A stretch of 64,000 nt of DNA, from the NCBI RefSeq assembly GCF_009914755.1, contig NC_060928.1; one strand, written 5' to 3'. The DNA comes from the human T2T-CHM13v2.0 reference genome, Homo sapiens. Numbering within the stretch: position 1 is the stretch's first letter; each line of letters opens with the position of its first letter. The notes beneath the pieces are model-generated. The model was given only the letters and a program-made list of their open reading frames with translations, was not told the DNA's origin and made no database searches. Below, in pieces: positions 55,525 to 64,000 of this stretch. The position numbers were made by a program, and so were the translations under genes.

Positions 55525-55933
55525 TAAAATTAAAAAAAATCCAACCATACCAAATAATTTTGGTGAACATGTGATTCAAATGAAATGCTCATGAAATTGC
55601 TGGTAGGAATATAAAGTGGCACAACTACCTTTGTAAACAGTCACCATTTAACTAAAATCTAAAAATACACCTGCCATAGGACACAGATATTGCATTCCTA
55701 GGTATTTCAAAACTGAAAGTGTTTTTTTCAAACAAAGCCTTCTGCATAAATACTTGTAGTGGCTTTATTTTTATTTTCGATAGTCAAAAACTGGAAGCAA
55801 TGCAGTCTACCAACATGTAAGTGAGTAAACAAATTGCATTTCCATATAATGGAATACTATTCTTCAATAAAAAGAATAAATTATTGATATATATAATTAT
55901 AGTTTGGATCTCTCAAAATAATTATATTAAGTA
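55225..55933 (+). mobile_element. L1ME-type 3' region, left part
   Basis: aaatagacatttttccaa, aaggaaacccaaattaaacccacaat, ctggtaggaatataaagtggcacaactac, ggaatactattcttcaataaaaagaa. Confidence 0.8.
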
Positions 55934-56115
55934 TGTCGACTGAAGAATCACAAGGTTAAAAAATTTGCAAAGGAGAACTTTGTTTCTTCTAAAGGGTTGT
56001 ATCCTGCAAAGTGGCAATTCGGACAGGCTAGGAAGCACAGTCTCTGACAGAATCTGGAAACCAGCACTTCGAGTGAGAGAAGAATAAGACCGGAATTTAT
56101 TGTGAATAGGGTGAC
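55934..56115 (-). mobile_element. MER4D-like ERV1 LTR, 3' part
   Basis: Reverse complement ends ctcctttgcaaattttttaaccttgtgattcttcagtcgaca, a MER4D-like 3' terminus. Confidence 0.8.
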
Positions 56116-56189
56116 TTTTCATTTTTAAAATTGGGATTTGTAAAGGAAGTTTTAAATTTTGCTGAAGACTATATATTTTTTGTTGTTTT

Positions 56190-56503
56190 TACATTTATAA
56201 TGTCTTTATTGAAATAAAATTGTCATAAAATAAAGTAAAAATATGTAAACAATTTGATAAGTTTTGGTACATGTATACACCTATAAAACCACTATTACAT
56301 GTAGATAATGGACAAATCCATCACAGCCAAAAGTTTTCTTCTGCATATTGTCAGATCTCTGCACATCCCCTTCCCCAATGCTAATCCTCTTCCCCAGGCA
56401 ATGAGTAACCTGCTTCTGTCAGTTTAGATTAGTTTGCATTTTATGGAATTTTACATAAACAAAATCCCAAAATATCTACTCTTTTGGTGTGGCTTTTTTC
56501 AGT
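56190..56503 (-). mobile_element. L1ME-type 3' end: continuation of 55225-55933 in the opposite orientation
   Basis: Reverse complement begins tgaaaaaagccacaccaaaagagtag...aaaatgcaaactaatctaaactgacagaagcagg, which follows ctcaaaataattatattaag in L1ME 3' ends. Confidence 0.8.
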
Positions 56504-57059
56504 TGAGACATAAAAATAAAATCTTAAACCTCCCAATCAACTGAATGAATCCTAATCTCCATCTTGGCCAAGGGGAACCCAGAGAAACTTTAAAAACTGA
56601 GTTCCTGGCCATGACAGAATGGGAGGTTGGATACACCTCAGTATGATTCCTCTTTATTAATCTTTAACCAGAGTGCTTTCCTAAGGAGTAAACAGAAACC
56701 AGCTCTGAAAAACAAAAAATATAAAGCACATTCCTTTGTCTCCTTATGCCAGTCATCTGAAGCCAACAGCAGATGTGACAGCTCACCAGATTTACAGTGC
56801 ATCTCTTCCTAAAAAGTGACCATGATCACCAGACTAGTTTGGAGAGGATGCACAGAGACGGTTTTTGCATCCTTGGCTTCACCTTTTGATGTCAGTGTGT
56901 TGAAAACTCCACTCTTAGATCATGCTCGCGCTGCCATTTTTAAATCATTCGACTCATGAAGAGGCACAAAGCTCAATTGCACATGTGCACATTTCTCCTT
57001 TTATAATTATGACTCCACTTATGGATTCTTAAATATGTATATTCAGCCACCCTATTCAC
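56504..57059 (+). mobile_element. MER4D-like ERV1 LTR, 5' part
   Basis: tgagacataaaaataaaatcttaa...cttggccaaggggaacccagagaaactttaaaaactgagttcc...aagctcaattgcacatgtgcac. Confidence 0.82.
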
Positions 57060-58330
57060 CTCAATCTTCTTTGAGGCCATGTTCCTGTTAATGAAGCAAG
57101 TAAAGATTGGGATAATTGGAACCACATACTGATGTCCCAGTTGGTCCACTGAATCCAGATTGTGGAGGAAAGTACTCATTTTTTTAAAACTGACTGTAGC
57201 GTAAAATTGTAATATTCTCTCTTTTTTGTTTTCATTATCCTCAGAGTTTATTTATACATTTAGCAATTTCCTGAGGTTTGTGTTTTTAATCCTGTGTTTA
57301 TACATCTCACAGAGACAGGCTAATATTTAATTCTACTGATAGTCTTAGGGGAAATGGGGTTTGGGGCATGGGGAGCATCAGCTCCCCACTGTAGGGAACT
57401 TACCTTAGGCAAGAGAATTGTTATTAAAGCAAGATATGAGCTTCATCATTCAAGGGAAGCACTACTGCTTCTTCTGGCAAAGCGAGCTTGATGGCACGGA
57501 GGTTCAGGGAGCACTTAGTTACCCAGATCCTCCCACATAATATATTCTTGGAGCCACACTCTTCCAATCATTGAACCAATTTCACTTATGCAATCTGGTG
57601 GGACCATCATCTCACCCACTATTTCAAATCAGATACCAGAAGGATCATGAGAATGAATATTTTTACTCAGCTAGAAAAGATCTCTGGTGCTCATAAAATT
57701 CCGTATTCTCTACTTTGTAAATTGAACTAATAATTTAATGATCTGTGCTTGTGATTGAACCATTAGTATTATTAGAGGAAATTATGCTAATCTTAGTTAT
57801 TGAACTTATCATGGTATTTATATTGTTCTAAGGCAATAAACACTCAATTCAGTAAAATATTTATTTTAAATAATTCTTCATTCTAGTCAACTAAAGATTA
57901 ACTGAAGATTTTCTTTACTTTTATTTATTTATGTATTCATTTATTTATTTGCTTCTCCTCATCACCTTATTTCCCCAGCCCCTCCAATAGTTTTGAGAGA
58001 TATCTTGAGTGGTTTCTGCTTTCCTAATCAGACACTATTGATCCAGTCTACCCCTGTAAACATGGAGGATTTGCCTGGTTTCTCTTTTTGATGAGTCTTT
58101 CTTCCTAAACATCAGTGAATAATTTACTTCTGAGATGCCTTAAAAAACAACAATCTGACATGCTATTCCAAGTAAGAAACCAGTGGTTGTAAAATCATGT
58201 GTACATAATTTTGCCTAGGAGATTAGAATTATGTAGAAATATGTACCCCATCAGGATCTAACCTTATTTGGCTCAAAAGAAATGTATGCCATAGGGCTTA
58301 ATTATATATATATTTTTATTTTCAGTTAAT

Positions 58331-58440
58331 TTTTTCCATGTGTTTAAAGTGGAACATGTGCATGAGCAATAAATCTGAACTTAGGTTTTTTAATGATTAA
58401 GGTAAAATAGTCCATCCTTGGGAAAAAAATGAATTTATTG
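58331..58440 (+). repeat. Inverted repeat, left arm (110 bp)
   Basis: Reverse complement of 59524-59632 apart from one substitution and one base in an A run. Confidence 0.97.
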
Positions 58441-59523
58441 TAGAAATACCATGATTTTATCACCTTATTTAGAAATACATTTAACATATAGTTTTGAAAA
58501 TAACAGTAATGGGTAAATTTTAAAAGTGAACACAATATAGAATATTTTATGCTTATATATTTTGAATAGAATTGCTTATTATCTAGAGGTTTTGTCTTAA
58601 GCAGTAGTATAGGCAAGAAATCAAATATTAATGAAATATCAGAAAAAAACAAAATTCCTTCTAAAATAGATATATATCTATTACTCAGTTTTACGACACA
58701 CTGATCAATATTTTTACTCCTCAAAGGCTTAACATGGTTTATTTAAATTTTGACAGATTAGTTTTATATTATATAAAAGAATTTCATTATCTTATCCATC
58801 AGTGGGCACTCTCAACTTTAACCTAAACACTGGATTGTATTTTGGGTAGAATACAATATGTTTATTTATAATTTATAGTTGAGTCCTTGTCTATTCACCA
58901 TCATTACAGTAAAATTTTCTAGTTGACTGCCATTAAATAGGCAAAATAAAACACCTTGGATTTTGAATCTTACTTGTAATTCCATCAAGCATTCTTAATA
59001 TGAAACCACATTGTTAGCAATTTAAAATCAATGTGCAATAATTTCCAAGAAAACCTATTGTGTTTGGAGAATTTATGTTATAAAATGAGATTCAGTTAAC
59101 ATTTTGTGAAAAATTTGTAAATGTCAGTGCTTACAAATGATTTGAAGAAGTATAATTTTCTTACTTCAAATTATTTTTTGTTGTTAAAATCTACAGGAGG
59201 TAAGTAAAGTACCAGTGAGATTGACGTAAAATTTAGATAAGCCAACCGATCTGTAAACCAAAATTACAATATCTCAATTGAAATAGACCCGAATTTTGAA
59301 TCAGTATACTACATAACTTGTTAAAACAAAAAGTAATCACACAGCAAATAAAATGCAAATAGACTTTTATATCATTCTGGTACAACATTCAAAGAATAGA
59401 CTTGGACCATTTACTTTCTTTTCTCTTTGATATAGTTTGATTTTGAAGACGCAGTATAATAATCACTTAAGAGTGTCATTATTATTATCAAAGACATAAA
59501 ATGCAGAAGGAACTCCAAATAGT

Positions 59524-59632
59524 CAATAAATTCATTTTTTCCCAAGGATGGACTATTTTACCTTAATCATTAAAAAACATAAGTTCAGATTTATTGCTCA
59601 TGCACATGTTCCACTTTAAACACATGGAAAAA
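59524..59632 (-). repeat. Inverted repeat, right arm (109 bp)
   Basis: caataaattcattttttcccaaggatggac...ccactttaaacacatggaaaaa pairs with 58331-58440. Confidence 0.97.
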
Positions 59633-61249
59633 TATAGTACTAATATTTAATAAGAATTTCTAGACATTCCTGGGGTGTATGATTTAGAATACATTTACAA
59701 GCTGAGTAAACACTGTTTATCATCCATTGACTCAGCGAAGTCTCACCAGTGCCATTTCCAGAGCCTAATTGCTATTAAAAAGATGATACTAGGTCATCAA
59801 ATCATTTCCAGACAGTATCTCTATCCACTCATTCATATCTGTAATTTTAAGGCATAGTACGATGGTCATGTAGAAAAGCAAAAATGTTGTCATCGACTAT
59901 AAAGGTGGTGGTACCATTGAGGTACTTCTGCACAATTGAATGAATCTTCTTTTTTTCCTGTTTCTATTATGTTAGCATGATGGAAAACCATCACTCTGTA
60001 CTCACCATAACTGAATGAAATTATATCTTACAAGATATTTGTTTTAAATCAATGTGTAAATATAACAGACAAAATATAAATTATCATTAAAAGAAATATG
60101 GGAGGTTTCATGTAGACAGTAATTATTACATTATTTTAAATAAAATTTCATACTCCTGGATGTCCTAAAGTCATTGTAGAAAGTCTCTCACTTATGACGT
60201 GTCAGTTAAAATTCAACAGTAATTCATAGTAATGATTTTAAATTTAAAATTGCATTTACCCACAGAAACTAGGTTGAAAATTTTGAGAAGATGCTAGGAC
60301 ATTTCAAAACACATTATTTTTTGAGCTTTTAATGAACATGACACATTATACTCTTAAGATCATTTAGCTATAAATTTTCATAATTTAACAATAAAGCTTA
60401 TTATTTATCATATCAATTTTTAATGAATGCAGATGAAAGTCAAATACACTTTGAGTGAAATCTTAGAATGGCACAGTACATTGTATAACCTTGGTAGATT
60501 CTCGACTAGGGACTTCATAAGCTTATTATGTGAGTGACAAGATGGATCTATATCTACCCAATGGCACTGTTGGGTGCTTATTTGTAAATATCTAGAGCAT
60601 TGTTCGATGATGCACATATAAAAGACCTCAAAATTGTTTGAAGAGATAAAATAATTAAATAAAATGATTCAGTATTTAACAAATTTTTTATCAGATTTAT
60701 GTTAGGTGGTTTACCCCCAAATTTATACAGTTGGCTTCAAAATACATCCTTTAATTTTTATGTAGTGTTTTCATGTGTCCTTATTAAGTCTAATAAGAGA
60801 CTTAATTCACATGACATTTCCTACAAAATTATTCTCTCCTCTTATTTTTATACTAAAATAATATTTTATACTTTTATACTTATATTTAACATTTGTACTT
60901 ATTTTTATACTATACCATTGTTTGATTAGGTACTATATCTTCCTGGCTAGGAGCCTTATTTTTAAATGACTCCTCTTTTCTATAATCTCCACATAAAAGT
61001 AATTACCAAATCCAGCTTGAATGATATCTGCAACATGTTCCTTGTATTTTCTATCAATTTCTATCCTGGCTTAATTATTATCCACTGGAAAATTTAAATC
61101 ATCTACCCACCTGTGACCCATACCACAAAATGCATTTTCTCAAAGTTCTGATCACTTTCTGGCTTTAAACATTTTTTCACTCTCCTCTGTAACCTTGTTC
61201 CATTTTGTGCGGGGAAAGACTGCACCAAGTTTATACTGTAACTTTGTGT

Positions 61250-61303
61250 GAAGAAAGAGGAAGAGGAGGAGGAAGAGCAGGAGGAGGAACAGGAGCAGGA
61301 GAA
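61250..61303 (+). repeat. GA-rich (GAG)n-like low-complexity tract
   Basis: gaagaaagaggaagaggaggaggaagagcaggaggaggaacaggagcaggagaa. Confidence 0.85.
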
Positions 61304-62509
61304 ATCATTATTTTTTAGGTGGATTGATGATGAAATAATAATAATAAAAAAAAGCTCCTCTTTGGGGAGGACTAATTAGAAAATGAAGCCCCTTCCTCAG
61401 GACTGATGTAGCCTCATGCCATGGCTCATTGCTTGACATGGCACACCAACAAGGTGACCCTGTGAAGACTACAGCCTACAGCCTACTTAACTACACACAG
61501 TTGCACTAGTTAACATGGCCCCTTTCTATCTCCAGTAACATTCCTGAAGTTTAGTTCTTTTGTTGAGAACATTGTAATAACTACCTCTCCAATTTCCTGC
61601 GCTATGATTTTATTACACAGATTTTCTCTCTTCCTTCCTTGGAAATTTCTGATAGTTTGATTATCATCACATGAAACTTCTCATTCAATATTTCTCTTGT
61701 CTATTTTCATTTTCTTATCTCTTACTGTATTTTTCTTCCCTTATTCTGTTATCAATTTTAGTATATCTTCTACTTTCAATTTTTTTGTTTGTTTGTTTTC
61801 AAACACATGCATGTCAAGTATTATGTAACGAAGTCCATTGATTACTTTTCCAACTTGCTATTATCAATTCTGAGGCAGTCCTGGTGCCTCTAGCTTGGTT
61901 GTGCAGCTTTCAAATTCTATTCAGTAGGAGCTTACAGGGATGTGATGGGCAGCATGTAATGTTTCTTAAGCTTGAAATTACTGGTTTTACATTCCCTGAG
62001 TTAAGTTTCTAGAGCATACCTCACAAAGCCCATACCTGTTTTTTAACTACATTGTGTAATAATTTTATAAAAAATGGTTTAATGCTATCATTTTTACTGC
62101 TTTTATTATGATGCTTTATAATTTATCGGCTGTGTGAATAAGTAGCCTTTAAACGATGATTTGTTGTTTTCCATAGAAGTGAGCTTATTATTGATTCATG
62201 ACTTTCCATGAGAAAGATGAAAATTGATCTGATCTGATTATAACATAACTTGCAAAATCACCAAATAATCTCTTTACATATTAGCGCTTTATAAAATCAA
62301 ATACTTCATTTATGCTTGGGGAGAAGTGGAGGAAGTCCACAGAATTGGTATAGATGACTTTTAAAAGTTCTGATTGAGTCTGGTCAATACAAATCATACT
62401 TTTTTTTCCTTTAAGTGTGCTATATTATCTCAAATCATAATAGCATGCATTAGTACAGTAGTTTCTGGCAACTTACATTGATTATATTTGTATTATAGAA
62501 ACTTTACTA

Positions 62510-62730
62510 CTAATAATAAACATCTTTATAGCTCTTAACATTTTTTGGAGGAGTTTACTGTAATACATATTGTTTTATTATCACATAACATAATCTATAG
62601 GTGCTATCATTAATATTACAGAGATATGGAGACTCAAGTTTATACTGTTTAAGCACATAATTGTACAGTACATATCCTATTAGCAGAAGATCCACAAATG
62701 AAACATGAAATGTTTTGCTGAAAGTTTATT
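62510..62730 (-). mobile_element. MIR relic
   Basis: taataataaacatc...ctataggtgctatcattaatattacagagatatggagactca resembles antisense MIR. Confidence 0.5.
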
Positions 62731-63469
62731 GTGCTTTCTACTAGAGCAGAAGGCCTTAGATTATTTGTCTTGTCTGAAACCATTTATAAACTATCATGCT
62801 AGTCATAATAACAGGAAATTCATATTCCTTGGCAATTTTGAAAGAGAGAATGATAACTTCAGATTTGAGACAGTACATATTAAGCAGTCTAATATTTTAT
62901 AAGTATATATAAAATGGAAATGAAGCTCTAGAAATGATTGGACCTAATGATACACCTTTTAGGTGATGCTGTAATTAATGTATTATTTCACTCTCAAGAG
63001 TATCAAAGGCATAGGGAGATGAAAAATAAAGGTTTAGGAATAGGAACACTTATATGAAACAAAATCAGGAAAGAATTTTGGAAAATAGTCATTAGAGTAT
63101 AAACACAGTCCAGTCTTGGAGGTTTCTTTTTAATGAATTTGGACAACTTGAAAAAACATACACTTGGTAATGTACTAGCGTCTATTTTTAATAGTTAACT
63201 GGAAAAGTTTAATGAGAATTCAGATATACTGTATTTTACTATGCGAACTAAACTAAGTAAAATCATAAAATATATAAACCTATCTTTTCCTATTATGTAT
63301 ACTGATGTTTAAAATGCTAATTAGTATTCTTCTACAGTGAGAAGACAATTTCATTGCACATCATGTTACGTTTATTCCTGTGTATGTTGTTTCCTCTATC
63401 TACTGATATTTACAGAATTCTTAGGTTTTTTTTTAATATTAACACCTCCTAAATTATGATCTTCCACAA

Positions 63470-64000
63470 GCATAGTCCACATGCATAGAAGCACATATTA
63501 ATAACTTCTTAATCAACTATCACACATCTACTATTGACTGTACAATAAAATCTAACCCACATGGATATTGACCCATACTGTAAATCACAGTGCATACATT
63601 CGTTCATCGGACATAGCACATTTCAGTCAAGAAATCCCTCGTCAACATGTATATCCCCTATCAAATTTTGCTCTCTTAATCTACCAACCACTGAGAAATC
63701 ATCATCCCTCTCAGGAGTGGCACCCTCCTGGTTCCAGGCCCATGACACTTGGGGGTGACTATACTGAAACCATACCTGGCATCTGGTTCTTACTTCAGGG
63801 CCATAGAATTAAGATCGCCCACACGTTCCCCTTAAATAAGACATTTCCATGGACTAATGACTACCACCCTATTAACCAGTCACAGGAGCACTGTCATGTC
63901 ATGCATTTGGTACTTTTAACTTTGGGGGATGCTATCACTCACCTGGTCCCTGCCGAATCCGCAGTAGAGGAACTCGGATTTGATTCCTGCCAAATCAATT
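63470..64000 (+). other. NUMT: nuclear copy of the mitochondrial control region (D-loop), continuing past the window end
   Basis: Ordered blocks match the primate mtDNA control region: tcaactatcacacatc, acatagcacatt, acacttggggg, catctggttc.tacttcaggg, gcccacacgttccccttaaataagacat, caccctattaacca, catgcatttggta, tttgattcctgcc. Confidence 0.95.

Noticed and set aside
58344-58724. 126-aa ORF overlapping the left IR arm, and the similar ORF at 13730..14098
   Set aside because: F/I/K/L-rich composition typical of chance ORFs in AT-rich DNA, with no motif.
58331-59632. Inverted repeats as the TIRs of a new DNA transposon
   Set aside because: No TSD and no transposase remnant; the arm identity is hard to reconcile with the long inactivity of DNA transposons in anthropoids.
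61188-61540. Possible old LTR with tg...ca ends around the GAG tract
   Set aside because: No convincing TSD and no family I can identify.

Overview
AT-rich, repeat-dense primate nuclear DNA (hominoid-like: AluY, L1PA3/4). I see no cellular protein-coding gene; every long ORF is an L1 or ERVL remnant, or its antisense shadow. Main content: a near-full-length but disrupted L1PA3/4 (-), an older full-length L1PA13-16-type element (+), several older L1 fragments, an internally deleted HERV-L provirus with both MLT2A LTRs, a second older ERVL remnant carrying an Alu and a MER11 solo LTR, five Alus, and THE1/MLT1/MER21/MER4D LTRs plus MER20, MIR and L2 relics. Three features go beyond routine annotation. 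(1) An old NUMT of the mitochondrial control region runs off the right edge. (2) A near-perfect ~110-bp inverted duplication of apparently unique DNA brackets ~1.08 kb. (3) A ~0.95-kb inversion can be reconstructed because it split a MER4D LTR and left a 12-bp inverted duplication at its breakpoints. Two further probable inversions lie in the 26-35 kb ERV/L1 cluster. I find no evidence for a new gene-based system; the best candidate for something undescribed is this local series of small inversions. Repeat subfamily names come from recalled consensus sequences and need RepeatMasker/Dfam confirmation.
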